Assembly: GCA_016717115.1 (NCBI GenBank)
Contig: JADKGE010000003.1
Span: 85,037 to 149,036, forward strand
DNA length: 64,000 bases
Direction of reading: 5' to 3'
From: Actinomycetota bacterium
GTDB lineage: Bacteria; Actinomycetota; Actinomycetes; S36-B12
The notes under the pieces are model-generated. The model was not told the origin of the DNA and ran no database searches. It worked only from the letters and a program-made list of their open reading frames with translations. Shown here one piece after another: positions 34,109-44,711 of this stretch; the stretch's first letter is position 1, and each line of letters starts with the position of its first letter. Position numbers and translations under genes: made by a program.

Positions 34109-34864
34109 GTGACGAAGCCCTCGCGCGATGAGACAGGTCCATACGATGAAGGTTTGAACTGGTCCAGGTTGATGCCGCTCCACTACAGCGACAACGACCT
34201 GCGGCAGATGTATGCCGGCCAGCGCGGCAACGTCACGGCGCGCCGATTCGCCCGCTTCTGGGCGACGCTGTTCGCCTGGGGTGTAGCGCCCCGACGGTGG
34301 GTGACTCTCGAGGTGGTCGGGCGCACTTCGGGCAAGGCGCTCCGCTTCCCCCTCGGTGAGGCCGACCTGGACGGAAGGCGATACCTCGTGTCGATGCTCG
34401 GGAACGACAGCAACTGGGTGCGCAACGTACGGGCTGCCAACGGGCTGGTGTTCCTGGTCCGTCGCACGAGGGTCCCCTGCCTTCTGGTGGAGATTCCGGT
34501 GGATGAGCGGGCGCCGATCATCAGGAGGTATCTCCATCAGGTTCCGGGCGCACGCCCTCACATCCCCGTCGACCGGCACGCCGACGTCTACGGCTCTGCC
34601 GGCACAACGAGCAGGCGCGGTATGCGCGTTCATCGTCGCTGGGGCCGTGATCACGATCGCGATACTGAGCGTGAGTTTCGACCCCGTCCCTCAGTCGCCG
34701 CGCTACTCGTGCCGGTGGTCCTCGCCCTGGCTGCCGCCACAGCCTGCCTTTGCATCACTCTCGTTCGAACCCCCAGGCTCCGAGCCCTCGGCCTAGCCGT
34801 GTTCTTCTCGGGAGTCGGCGTCGGCCTCCTTCGGGCACACCCAGCGACCTCCGCAGCGGCGTGA
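34109..34864 (+). CDS. Deazaflavin-dependent nitroreductase-like (DDN / PF04075-type) protein with an atypical hydrophobic C-terminal extension
   Basis: VTLEVVGRTSGKALRFPLGEADLDGRRYLVSMLGNDSNWVRNVRAANG...PIIRRYLHQVPGARPHIPV. The start is uncertain (34109 or 34172). The last 90 aa are unlike the family. Confidence 0.5.
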   Translation: MTKPSRDETGPYDEGLNWSRLMPLHYSDNDLRQMYAGQRGNVTARRFARFWATLFAWGVAPRRWVTLEVVGRTSGKALRFPLGEADLDGRRYLVSMLGNDSNWVRNVRAANGLVFLVRRTRVPCLLVEIPVDERAPIIRRYLHQVPGARPHIPVDRHADVYGSAGTTSRRGMRVHRRWGRDHDRDTEREFRPRPSVAALLVPVVLALAAATACLCITLVRTPRLRALGLAVFFSGVGVGLLRAHPATSAAA

Positions 34865-34952
34865 CGTGCCGAGGGCGTGAGTGACACGAGCAGTGGCGCG
34901 AGAGGGCACCCCCTTTGTGCCCCGGGGCTGGTTGAGGAATGGATCGCCCCAG

Positions 34953-37391
34953 TCAGTAGCAGGGATATGCGTGGTCCAGGAGTGGGGTGAGCTGGTCGGC
35001 CGGTACGGCAGGGGAGTAGAGGAAGCCCTGTGCCGAGGGGCAGCCCATCCGACGGAGACGCGTGGCCTGGTCAGGCTGTTCGACACCCTCGGCGGTGACG
35101 GTGATATCGAGAATGCGGGCGAGGGCGATGATGCCGGCGACAAGTCGATGATCGTGGTCGAGCAGGACGGAATCGGTGATGAAGCTGCGGTCGATCTTGA
35201 TGACGTCGATCGGGTAGTGATTCAGGTAGGTCAGGGACCCGTAGCCGGTGCCGAAATCGTCGATCGCGATGCCGATGCCGCGTTCATGGATGCCGGCGAG
35301 GTTGTCAAGTGCTGTGGCGGTGCGCCGCAGCAGCGCAGTCTCTGTGATCTCGATGCAGAGCCGACCGGGGTCCAAACCGCTCGCTGCCAGTGCGTCGTCG
35401 ATGGTTGGGAGGAGCCCGGTCTCGCCGATCTGAAGCGCGGACTCGTTGATCCGCACCGTCAGGTGCCGGTCTGGCCGGCCGGCGGCCCATGCAGCTCCTT
35501 CACGGCAGGCCTCGTGCAGGGCCCAGTTGCCGATGTCCAGGATCAATCCGGTGTCCTCGGCGACGTCGATGAACTGGTCGGCGGACCATATCGATCCGTC
35601 GGGATGGTGCCAGCGCATCAGCGCCTCGACAGCGATCACGGCACCAGACGTCAGGTCGACCTCGGGCTGGTACCACACGGCGAGCTGGTGGCGTTCGAGC
35701 GCATGCCGCAGATCACCCTCGACCGCCAGATGCTTGGTGATGGCGGTTCGCAGGTCCTCGTTGAACACCGCCACTCGGTCGCGGCCCGACTCCTTCGCGG
35801 CGTACATCGCAGTGTCGGCTTCTCGAAGCAGGTCTCCGGCGTTCCCGACGTCAGTGGCAAACGCCACTCCGACGCTCGCAGTGGTGTACAGCTCAGCCCC
35901 GGCCACGGTGAACGGGGTCTGGAACGCCTCCACCAGACGCGATGCCACTTGGCCGGCGACTGCCGGGTCGTCCAAGTCCCGCATGGCGACGACGAACTCA
36001 TCTCCGCCGAGTCGGGCCACGAGGTCGCCGGCGCGTACGACGTGCTCGACGCGGGCCGCAGCGGCGATGAGCAGCTCATCACCGGCGGCATGCCCCATGG
36101 TGTCGTTGACATCCTTGAACCGGTCCAGATCCATCATCAGAACTGCCGTCGTCCGGCCCGATCGGCGCGCTCCGCTCATTGCGCGGGTGATCTCGTCAAT
36201 CACCGCCGATCGGTTCGCCAGCCCGGTCAACGGGTCGTGGGTCGCCATTACCTGCAAGGCGTCGGACGCGTTCTTGCGCTCGGTGAAGTCGCGACTGGTC
36301 TCGATCACATGGGCGACGGCCCCGTCGCTGTCGAATCCGGGGGCGACAGTCGTCTCGTACCAGCGATGACCCTCGGCGTTGACCATCTCGAACTCGTACG
36401 TGACCGGCTCCCCGGTGGTGAACACCTTGCGCCGATGCGCTTCCCAGGACTCCGCAAGGTCACTTGCATAGCCCATCTCTTGAAAGGTCTTGCCGATCCA
36501 CTGGTCGAGCGGGGTGCCGGATACCTCGACGGCCCTCCGGTTCACATACTCAATCCGTCCGTCACGCCCGATTTGGATCGTGACATCCCGTGAAGTGTCG
36601 AGCACCACACGCAGCAGTTCTTCGCTGGTGGCCAAGGCTCGCTCGGCGCGTGCCCGGTCAGTGATATCCCGGGCAGCGGCCAAGACCCCGGCAACCTCGC
36701 CGCGTTGATCTCGATAGACGGTCGCGTTGTACAGAACCTCGCTGACAGTGCCATCGGCGTGACGGATGGCCAGCGGGTAGTCGGTGACCGAGCCTGCGGC
36801 GAATGCCTGGAGGTAGCCGTCACGGGCCAGTTCTGGATCGGTGAAGTAGCCGGCGAAATCGCTGCCGATCAGGCCTTCTCGTGGGACGCCGGTGACGATC
36901 TCGGTGGCCGCGTTGACGTCGGTGATGACGCCGGCCGCGCTGATCGTGACCAACGGATCGAGGCTCACTTCGATCAGGCTCCGCGAGTACCCGGCTGACT
37001 GCGCGAGCTCCGCAACCGCGCGCTCGCGATCGCTGACATCGATGAATGTCACGATGACCTGCTCCAGCTGGCCGGAATCGTCGATGATGGGAAGCGCGTT
37101 GACCTCCATCCAGACGTCGGGACTCATTGGCGGACGGATGATCATGATGAGCCCGCGCACCGCTTGCTGGGTGGCGAGGACCTGCATGACCGGGAAGCGC
37201 TCCAGCGCCATCGGCGAGTGATCGGACTCGAGGAACACCCACTCGGGGTCGGTCGCGAGTCGGCCTTCTAGGTCCTGGAGTCCCAGAAGGGCGCGGGCAC
37301 GGTCATTGGCCTCGACTATGGCGGTGTCGGCAGCGTGGATCACCACTCCGGCGTCCAGCGCCGCGAGAAGGGCTTCGTACCTGCTCAGCAC
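34953..37391 (-). CDS. PAS-PAS-PAS-GGDEF-EAL c-di-GMP signalling protein
   Basis: 812 aa with three PAS-like repeats. DPLTGLANR...ARLGGDEFVVAM is the GGDEF motif. VEALMRWHHPDG...DDFGTGYGSL...IKIDRSF is the EAL domain. Confidence 0.9.
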   Translation of the reverse strand: MLSRYEALLAALDAGVVIHAADTAIVEANDRARALLGLQDLEGRLATDPEWVFLESDHSPMALERFPVMQVLATQQAVRGLIMIIRPPMSPDVWMEVNALPIIDDSGQLEQVIVTFIDVSDRERAVAELAQSAGYSRSLIEVSLDPLVTISAAGVITDVNAATEIVTGVPREGLIGSDFAGYFTDPELARDGYLQAFAAGSVTDYPLAIRHADGTVSEVLYNATVYRDQRGEVAGVLAAARDITDRARAERALATSEELLRVVLDTSRDVTIQIGRDGRIEYVNRRAVEVSGTPLDQWIGKTFQEMGYASDLAESWEAHRRKVFTTGEPVTYEFEMVNAEGHRWYETTVAPGFDSDGAVAHVIETSRDFTERKNASDALQVMATHDPLTGLANRSAVIDEITRAMSGARRSGRTTAVLMMDLDRFKDVNDTMGHAAGDELLIAAAARVEHVVRAGDLVARLGGDEFVVAMRDLDDPAVAGQVASRLVEAFQTPFTVAGAELYTTASVGVAFATDVGNAGDLLREADTAMYAAKESGRDRVAVFNEDLRTAITKHLAVEGDLRHALERHQLAVWYQPEVDLTSGAVIAVEALMRWHHPDGSIWSADQFIDVAEDTGLILDIGNWALHEACREGAAWAAGRPDRHLTVRINESALQIGETGLLPTIDDALAASGLDPGRLCIEITETALLRRTATALDNLAGIHERGIGIAIDDFGTGYGSLTYLNHYPIDVIKIDRSFITDSVLLDHDHRLVAGIIALARILDITVTAEGVEQPDQATRLRRMGCPSAQGFLYSPAVPADQLTPLLDHAYPCY

Positions 37392-37890
37392 GGGATCCCC
37401 CCCCGCCCAGTCATGACCTTCGTCAGTCCTTGCGTGCGCCTCTTCCGCCTTTGATGCTACTCATCGATGCTGTCTGGCGCGTCGTGGAACCGAGGTGGTG
37501 GCCACGGATGCCTTTCAGGGAGAACGGAGCGGCGAACGCATTGCGGCTGGCGCCTTCGGCAGCCCGCACTAGGCTTCTCGCCTGCGGTCGTACGACCATC
37601 TGCGATCTCCATTGGGCGCTCGGCACCGTCGGGGAGGACATCGTGCGCCGCTTCGGTCTGCAGCCCGTGAGGCGGCGGCCGGCTTCAACGCCGTCGTCGC
37701 GATGGAGCTGCTCGCCGAAGGCGCCTGGCACGGGACGGGTGTCCACACCGCGGAGTCGTTCGATCCCGATCCCTACCTCGCCATCCTCGACCGAGACGGC
37801 ATCTACTACTCAACGGTGGAGATCGAGCCAGGCCACGCCTTCGCCTGACGGGCCTGCCGTCGCCACGCCCTCGAGTGAGGGAGGTGTGTC

Positions 37891-38727
37891 TCAGCCGGGC
37901 ACGAGGGCCGGGCTGCGCCACGAACGACGAATGAGCAGGACGATGCTCACGAGCGCTATCCAGGCCGGGAACACGTACACAGTCGTCGGCGCCACGGTGA
38001 CGTTCACGAACTCGAAGACGCCGACGGCGTAGCTCAGCCACACGAGCCACCGAGGGAGCGCGCCGGTGGCGCGTCCGAGGGCCGCAGTGGAGAACACGAC
38101 GAGCGTGGCGACCCTGGGCGCGAAGACCGACAGCAGCGTCACAGCAAGCGCCCGGGTCAGCGACGCCGCTCCGGGATCCGGGAGCCGGCCGCCCGCCTCC
38201 ACCAGAACCGCGGGCGCGGCAAGCGCCGCCGTTCCCACCAGCACGACCCCGGCCATCAGGATCGCGCCGCCCTGGAAGACCGTTCCGAACAGCTTGGGTT
38301 CACCTTCGCCGAGACGGGCCCGCACGACGCCGATGAACCACAGGAAGGCGATCGTCCCGATCACGATGAACTGCAGCAGCACCAGCGTGTAGAAGCCGGG
38401 TCGTGGGTCGGCGTAGTAGCGGAGGATCTCCTCGTCCGAGGCATCCACCGAGGGGGCAGCCCAGAGGCCGCTCAGCCCGATCGACCATGCGACGGCGCAG
38501 ACGACCCCCGCGATGGCGGCAGCTTCGATCGAGCGCAGCCAGGTCCGCCAGCGTCTCGCCGCGATGGGCGGCTGTGCCGCGGCAGACGGAGTTGGTGTAC
38601 GCGGTGGCACTCCCTTCTCGGCGTGGCTCGGGGTGTGGCGAAGTCTGGACCGGCGGGTTGGTGGTTCGCAAGGCTGCCCTGAGGTCCAAGGCTCGAATGG
38701 GCCATGGATTGACGACCGGGTCCGCAT
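37891..38727 (-). CDS. Hypothetical polytopic membrane protein
   Basis: Six hydrophobic helices follow residue 70. The N-terminal 60 aa of the track ORF are Arg/Pro-rich and probably not translated, so the true start is uncertain. Confidence 0.45.
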   Translation of the reverse strand: MRTRSSIHGPFEPWTSGQPCEPPTRRSRLRHTPSHAEKGVPPRTPTPSAAAQPPIAARRWRTWLRSIEAAAIAGVVCAVAWSIGLSGLWAAPSVDASDEEILRYYADPRPGFYTLVLLQFIVIGTIAFLWFIGVVRARLGEGEPKLFGTVFQGGAILMAGVVLVGTAALAAPAVLVEAGGRLPDPGAASLTRALAVTLLSVFAPRVATLVVFSTAALGRATGALPRWLVWLSYAVGVFEFVNVTVAPTTVYVFPAWIALVSIVLLIRRSWRSPALVPG

Positions 38728-38817
38728 GAACGGCGGACGAAGTCTCGGCGATGCAGATGCCGGGTCTGGGCTTCGCGGATAGGCTGCGCGAATCTCGGAT
38801 GCTTAAGGGGGAGAACG

Positions 38818-40315
38818 ATGCCGCAGGACAAGCCCAACATCCTGGTGATCTGGGGCGACGACATCGGCATCTCGAACCTGAGCTGCTACAGCGACGGGCT
38901 GATGGGGTACCGCACCCCGAACATCGACCGGATCGCGGACGAGGGCGTGCGCTTCACCGACTACTACGGCGAGCAGAGCTGCACCGCCGGCCGGGCGGCG
39001 TTCATCACCGGGCAGAACCCGTACCGCACCGGCCTGACCAAGGTGGGCATGCCGGGCGCCGAGCGCGGGCTCGAGGCCGAGGACCCCACCATCGCCACGG
39101 CGCTCAAGGCGCAGGGCTACGCCACCGGGCAGTTCGGCAAGAACCACCTGGGCGACCGCGACGAGTTCCTGCCCACGATGCACGGCTTCGACGAGTTCTT
39201 CGGCAACCTGTACCACCTCAACGCCGAGGAGGAGCCGGAGCTGGACGACTACCCGACCGAGGAGGACTTCCCGAACTTCCGGTCGGGCTTCGGCCCGCGG
39301 GGGTCCGCTGCTGGGCCGACGGTGACGGACGCACGGATCGAAGACACCGGGCCGCTCACCCAGGAAGCGGATGGAGACCATCGACGAGGAGTTCCTCGAC
39401 GCCGCAACCGGTTCATCGGCCGACAAGGCGGCTTCGGACACGCCGTTCTTCGTGTGGTTCAACTCCACCCACATGCACTTCCGGACCCATGTCAAGCCGG
39501 AGAGCAAGGGCCAGGCCGGACGGTGGCAGTCGGACTACCACGACGTGATGATCGACCACGACAAGCAGGTCGGAACGCTGCTCGAGCTGCTCGACGAGCT
39601 CGGCCTGGCCGAGGACACGATCGTCGTCTACTCCACCGACAACGGCCCCCACATGAACTCCTGGCCCGATGCCGGGACGACGCCGTTCCGGGGGGAGAAG
39701 AACACGAACTGGGAGGGCGCCTACCGCGTGCCCGCCGTGGTGCGCTGGCCCGGGCACTTCCCCGAGGACACCGTCCTGAACGGGGTCATGAGCCACAACG
39801 ACTGGTTCACGACTCTGCTGGCTGCGGCCGGGGTGCCGGATATCGCCGAGCAGCTGCGCGCGGGCGCCGACCTGGGCGGCACGACCTACCGGGTCCACCT
39901 CGACGGGCACAACCAGCTGCCCTACCTGACCGGGGAGACAGACACCAGCCCTCGCAACTTCTTCTTCTACGTGAACGACGACGCTGATCTCGTCGCGGTG
40001 CGGTTCGACAACTGGAAGATGGTGTTCCTCGAGCAGCGCGTCACCGGCACGCTGCAGGTGTGGGCCGAGCCTTTCGTGGAGTTGCGCGTGCCGAAGATCT
40101 TCAACCTGCGTACCGACCCCTATGAGCGGGCCGACTTCACGTCGAACACCTACTACGACTGGATGATCGACCACGCCTTCCTGCTGGTTCCGGCTCAGGC
40201 GTTCGTCGCGCAGATGGCCGCTTCATTCCTGGAGTTCCCCCCGCGACAGGAGTCGGCCACCTTCGGAGTCACCGACGCCCTGGACAAGCTGCGAGCCGGC
40301 CTACGCAGCGCGTGA
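38818..40315 (+). pseudogene. Cys-type arylsulfatase interrupted by a +1 frameshift near 39363-39364
   Basis: Frame 1: [24 protein letters not shown]...[16 protein letters not shown]...[10 protein letters not shown]...[10 protein letters not shown]. Frame 2 continues [10 protein letters not shown]...[11 protein letters not shown]...[10 protein letters not shown]...[16 protein letters not shown] to 40315. The junction CAG-G-AAG-CGG-ATG needs removal of one G. Confidence 0.7.
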
Positions 40316-41421
40316 ACCCAGAGGAAGCACCCTCACGGGCAGCTCGCTATTGGCGCATTGCGCGTCCCGTCGTCCTGCTCGCCGTCGCTCTCCTCGCTGC
40401 CCGGATCATCATCGGCCTCGTCGGCGCTATCGACTGGGCCTCGGTGTGGACCGCCGTGCGGCAGTTGACGCTGCCCGGCGCGATCCTCCTGTTGCTCATT
40501 CTCCTGGCCCGTCAGGTGTTCAACGGTGTTCCCCTCGCCAAGTTCGTCGCGGGACTGTCCCCGCCGCGATCGATGCAGAACGACATGGGTGCCATCCTCA
40601 TCGGGACGGTGGCACCACCGCCATCGGATGTCGTGCTGCGGGTCTCCATGTTCCGCTCGTGGGGCATCGACCCGCTCGAGGGCATGGCCGGCGTGACCCT
40701 GAACACGCTCACGTTCTACGTCGTCCGGTTCGCTGCTCCCGCCCTCGGACTCGCACTATTCGCCTTCATCGAGGCTGACGCGGGCCACGTCTGGGCGGCC
40801 GTCGGCTCGGCCTTGGTTGGCATCGTCATCCTCGTGGCGCTCGTGTCCTTGAGTCGCGGCGATCGACTGGCCAGGATCATCGGGCTGACGGCGGGTCGTG
40901 TGGCCTCGCGCTTTCGGCACGAGGTGGAGCCTGAGGCGTGGTCCCGCTCCGTAGTCGAGTTCCGTGGTCGGGTGGGGGACCGCGTGCGCACCGGGATCAG
41001 ACCGTCCTTGCTCGCCCTGACGGTGATGGTGCTGGCCGAATCGCTGCTGCTGATCACGGCACTTCGGCTCGTCGGCGTTGACTCCGATGCCGTCGCCACG
41101 CTGCTCATCCTCAGCTCATTCCTCGTCGCCTATCCGCTCACGCTCTTCCCCTTGATGGGCCTGGGCATCCTCGACGCGTTCCTGGTGGCGGCGTGGACGC
41201 AGGTTGCCGGAACTGAGTACGAGGCGCGGATCGTGGCGGGGCTGATCGTGTGGCGCGTCTTCTCCCTGCTCGTCCCCATCCTCCTGGGGGTCGTCGCGAT
41301 CACCTGGTGGAGAAGAACGACTCACGGTGCCGAAGAACCGTCCGCTTGGTCCGTGGCGAATGACCAGCACGCTGGCGAGACCCCGCGGCCGTTGCCACCG
41401 ACGACCAGTCCCCCCGACTAG
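40312..41421 (+). CDS. UPF0104 / LPG_synthase_TM (flippase-like) membrane protein
   Basis: ATGA-type overlap with the sulfatase stop. 8 TM helices. IDWASVWTAVRQLTLPGAILLLLILLARQVFNGVPLAKF is typical of the family. Confidence 0.6.
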   Translation: MNPEEAPSRAARYWRIARPVVLLAVALLAARIIIGLVGAIDWASVWTAVRQLTLPGAILLLLILLARQVFNGVPLAKFVAGLSPPRSMQNDMGAILIGTVAPPPSDVVLRVSMFRSWGIDPLEGMAGVTLNTLTFYVVRFAAPALGLALFAFIEADAGHVWAAVGSALVGIVILVALVSLSRGDRLARIIGLTAGRVASRFRHEVEPEAWSRSVVEFRGRVGDRVRTGIRPSLLALTVMVLAESLLLITALRLVGVDSDAVATLLILSSFLVAYPLTLFPLMGLGILDAFLVAAWTQVAGTEYEARIVAGLIVWRVFSLLVPILLGVVAITWWRRTTHGAEEPSAWSVANDQHAGETPRPLPPTTSPPD

Positions 41422-41447
41422 GCCCATCGGGCTCGGGGTAGGTCGAA

Positions 41448-43127
41448 ATGAGGCGTTGGGTTCCGTTTCGCAGAGCCACGATCCGCCAGGACGCTGTTGC
41501 GGGTCTCGTCCTTGGCGTTCAGAGCGTGCCCGACGGACTGGCGACGGGCTTGCTGGCCGGCGTCAACCCCCTTGCGGGCCTATACGCCTACATGGTGGGG
41601 ACGATCACCGGCGCCGTCGTGACCAGTTCGGCGTTCATGGCGATCCAGGGCACCGGTGCGATGGCGATGATCGTTGCGGACGTGCCCGCCGTTCACGCTG
41701 CCATCGACCCGGCGGGGGCCTTGTTCACTCTGTCGATGCTGACTGGCGTTGTGATGCTTGCCGCGGGGTTGTTCCGGCTCGGGTCGGTCCTGCGGTTCGT
41801 GTCGAACGCGGTGATGGTCGGGTTCATCAATGCCGTCGGAGTCAACATCATCCTCGGTCAATTGGCGAACTTCACCGGCTATGCCGCCGAAGGGCCCAAC
41901 AGGGTGGTTCGCGCCGTCAACACCATCCTTCACCCCGGACAGCTCCAGGCGACGGTAGCGGTGGGGGCCGCAACGATCGCGCTGATCATTCTTCTGGAGC
42001 GCACGCGCGTCGGCCCGATGGGTCTGGTCGTTGCCGTCATCCTCACGTCTGCGGCGGTTGCGGTGTTTGGGTGGGACGGGGTGGCGACCCTGAATGATCT
42101 GGGAGTTGTCCTGTCGTCGCTGCCTCGACCCGAGGCGCCGATGCTTCTGCTGATTCCGTCACTGCTGATCCCGGCAGTGTCGCTGGCGTTCGTCGGACTG
42201 GTGCAGGGGGCGAGCATTTCGGCGACCTATCCCAACCCCGACGGCACTTCCCCCGACGCGTCGCGCGACTTCGTCGGCCAGGGCGTCGCGAACGTCGCGG
42301 CGGGCGTTTTCCAGGGGATGCCGGTGGGCGGATCTGTCTCAGCCTCCGCTGTGAACAAGGAGGCTGGCGCCCGCTCGCGTCAGTCGCTGGTGTACGCGGG
42401 AGTGGTGATGGCGATTGTCATCGTCGCCTTCGGAGGAGTCGTCGGCTACGTCGCCATGCCGGCGCTGGCGGGCCTGCTGATGCTGATCGGCTACCGCACC
42501 ATCAAGCCGGCCGACCTCGTTTCCGTGTGGCGGACGGGCTCAGTGCAGAAGGCCGTGCTGGTCGTCACGTTCGTCCTGACCATGGTCATCCCCTTGCAGT
42601 ACGCCGTTCTGGTCGGAGTGGGTCTCTCGGTGATCCTGTACGTCGTCCAGCAGTCGAACCAGGTCACCGTCAGGCGCCAGCAGTACGACACCGACGGGCA
42701 CCTCGTCGAGACCGACCCCCCGACGCTGCTTCCTGCAAACGAGGTTGTGGTGCTGCAGCCGTACGGGAGTCTCTTCTTCGCCGCCGCACCGGTGTTCCAG
42801 GCGCTCCTCCCCGCGCCGGCCGAGACGTCGCGCCACAGCGTGGTCATCCTGCGGCTGCGCGGACGAAGCGAGCTCGGTTCCACCGTCATGGACATTCTTC
42901 ACCGATATGCGTCGTCCCTCGCCGAGGTGGACTGCAGGCTCGTCATCGTGTCCACGAACGAACGCATCGCCCGGCAGCTCACCATCAGCGGCATCTCCGA
43001 CGTCATCGGGCCCGATGGGATCTACCGAGGTGACGAGCGGGTCGGCGCCACCCTGCAGCGCGCCGAGGCCGACGCCGCCGCCTGGATCGCTGCTCAGCAG
43101 GGGAAGCGCGACGGCACGATCGACTAG
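41448..43127 (+). CDS. SulP family sulfate/anion permease with C-terminal STAS domain
   Basis: DAVAGLVLGVQSVPDGLATGLLAGVNPLAGLYAY...GFINAVGVNIILGQL... The C-terminal VVVLQPYGSLFFAAAP...ILRLRG is STAS. Confidence 0.85.
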   Translation: MRRWVPFRRATIRQDAVAGLVLGVQSVPDGLATGLLAGVNPLAGLYAYMVGTITGAVVTSSAFMAIQGTGAMAMIVADVPAVHAAIDPAGALFTLSMLTGVVMLAAGLFRLGSVLRFVSNAVMVGFINAVGVNIILGQLANFTGYAAEGPNRVVRAVNTILHPGQLQATVAVGAATIALIILLERTRVGPMGLVVAVILTSAAVAVFGWDGVATLNDLGVVLSSLPRPEAPMLLLIPSLLIPAVSLAFVGLVQGASISATYPNPDGTSPDASRDFVGQGVANVAAGVFQGMPVGGSVSASAVNKEAGARSRQSLVYAGVVMAIVIVAFGGVVGYVAMPALAGLLMLIGYRTIKPADLVSVWRTGSVQKAVLVVTFVLTMVIPLQYAVLVGVGLSVILYVVQQSNQVTVRRQQYDTDGHLVETDPPTLLPANEVVVLQPYGSLFFAAAPVFQALLPAPAETSRHSVVILRLRGRSELGSTVMDILHRYASSLAEVDCRLVIVSTNERIARQLTISGISDVIGPDGIYRGDERVGATLQRAEADAAAWIAAQQGKRDGTID

Positions 43128-43510
43128 GGCCGCCGATACGGTCGCCTGTCGCACCTTCCCACCTTCCGTTGGCCGCACCGCTACCGCGTCATCGCCCGAG
43201 TGGCGTGCCGCCAACGACCGCTCCCCGACAGCTCCAGCGATCCGACGGCCACGATGTGGATACATCTTCGGCTCCCAGATGCATCCGGCACCGTCGCGAC
43301 TCAGACTTCGGTCAGGGTTGCGAAGTCGATCGGGACGCAGGGGGAGACCATGCATCAGCATGTCGGTGCGTATCCGCGGCCCGCGCTTCGCCTGGAGTGC
43401 AACAAGATTCACGTCACGGTGGATCCCTACCGCCCGTCCACCTGGGCACGGGTGGCAGTGGCCAGTTTCCTTGACGGATTGCGTCGGCCGGTCAATCCGA
43501 ACGCTGCGGA

Positions 43511-44464
43511 ATGGAAGTGGTGCCGGCCATGACTTTCCGGTCATCCGTTGCGGTAGGGGTTGGGGTCGTCGCGGGAGCGATTGCCCTGGTCACGGTGACG
43601 CCCACGGCCGGCGCCTCACCTGTTGCACTTCAACCGATGTCGATGGCTCGGGTGGCGACCCCCGTGATCGCAACTCCGCGAACGGAACCGACCGCTCGCG
43701 AAGCGAGTTGGAGGGCCGTCTTGTGCGACAGCGGCCTGGCGCAACTGCCGACGCTGCGGGCGTCCTCGACTCGGACCAGCAGCGCGGCTGCGCGAGTGGT
43801 CCAGGCGGCTCTCATCGATCTTGATTTCCCGCCGCCGGTGCCCATCAAGGTCGACGGCTGGTACGGCCCGGCGACGGCCTCGGCAGTGACCGCATACCAG
43901 CGCTCGAGGGGGCTGGTCGTGGACGGAGTCGTCGGCCAGCAGACGTGGCGGCAGTTGCGCCGGGATGTATGCGGCGAGCCGGCCTCCGCCACAAGGGGGA
44001 GCACCACCATCGTGCTGAAGGTCTCTGGATGCGACGGCTGCGTGCTCACCCCCCGGTCCGTCCGTCAGACGACGTCAGGGATGACGCCCTACCTCGATTG
44101 GAAAGGCCCGGCGCTGACGGTCACCGATGGCGGTGCCAGCTTCGTCATTCCCACCGCCAACACACGGGGGATGTCCATCGAGATCGCAGCGCCATGGGCG
44201 AGCGGCGACCTGGGCGCGGTCCCGCTCATCGCGCTGTCCAAGGGGCGACCGAGCGAGTACGACCCCTCGGCGAGGGAGGGCGTGCACTGCTGGAAGGGCA
44301 CGACCGCGTCTCAGGCGGTCCTCCCCATCAATGTCAGGCGCGAGACTGTCGGCGCGATGGGCGGCGGCAAGGCCGTGGCGCCGAATGCCTACCTGGCCAA
44401 TCTGGGCCCGTCGGACGACATCCCGGGGCATCAGGATCTTCCCTACTGCACCGTCCCCCGCTGA
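43511..44464 (+). CDS. Secreted protein with peptidoglycan-binding (PG_binding_1) domain
   Basis: VVQAALIDLDFPPPVPIKVDGWYGPATASAVTAYQRSRGLVVDGVVGQQTWRQL. Signal-like N-terminus, with an alternative start at 43529. Confidence 0.65.
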   Translation: MEVVPAMTFRSSVAVGVGVVAGAIALVTVTPTAGASPVALQPMSMARVATPVIATPRTEPTAREASWRAVLCDSGLAQLPTLRASSTRTSSAAARVVQAALIDLDFPPPVPIKVDGWYGPATASAVTAYQRSRGLVVDGVVGQQTWRQLRRDVCGEPASATRGSTTIVLKVSGCDGCVLTPRSVRQTTSGMTPYLDWKGPALTVTDGGASFVIPTANTRGMSIEIAAPWASGDLGAVPLIALSKGRPSEYDPSAREGVHCWKGTTASQAVLPINVRRETVGAMGGGKAVAPNAYLANLGPSDDIPGHQDLPYCTVPR

Positions 44465-44711
44465 TCACGGGCACGGGCCCACGCCAAGGTGTCAGCCTGC
44501 TGAGGCGAGCTTGCCCTCGCGGGCTGACCCTTGGTCACGGCGAGCCTGCGCTAGGCAGCGCCGCAGGGTTGGGAATCCCGAGGTGCCCGATCCGACGCTG
44601 AGGTACGGTGAAACGGACATATGGGCCGCCACGCGCGCCTCGGCGACGGCATCCCTCCGGGTTCTCGCTGAGCAAGCACCTTTCGTAGGGAGCACGACCT
44701 TGACTCGTCGC

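Noticed and set aside
37612-37848. A 78-aa ORF whose C-terminal half (ELLAEGAWHGTGVHTAESFDPDPYLAILDRDGIYYSTVEIEPGHAFA) looks protein-like.
   Set aside because: The N-terminal half is Arg-rich and shadow-like, with no SD and no recognisable domain. It may be a fragment of a lost gene, so it is not called.
43350-43532. A 60-aa ORF with a good SD (GGGGGAG) upstream of the PG-binding protein gene.
   Set aside because: It overlaps the next gene start and has no recognisable features. It cannot be separated from chance without comparative or expression data.
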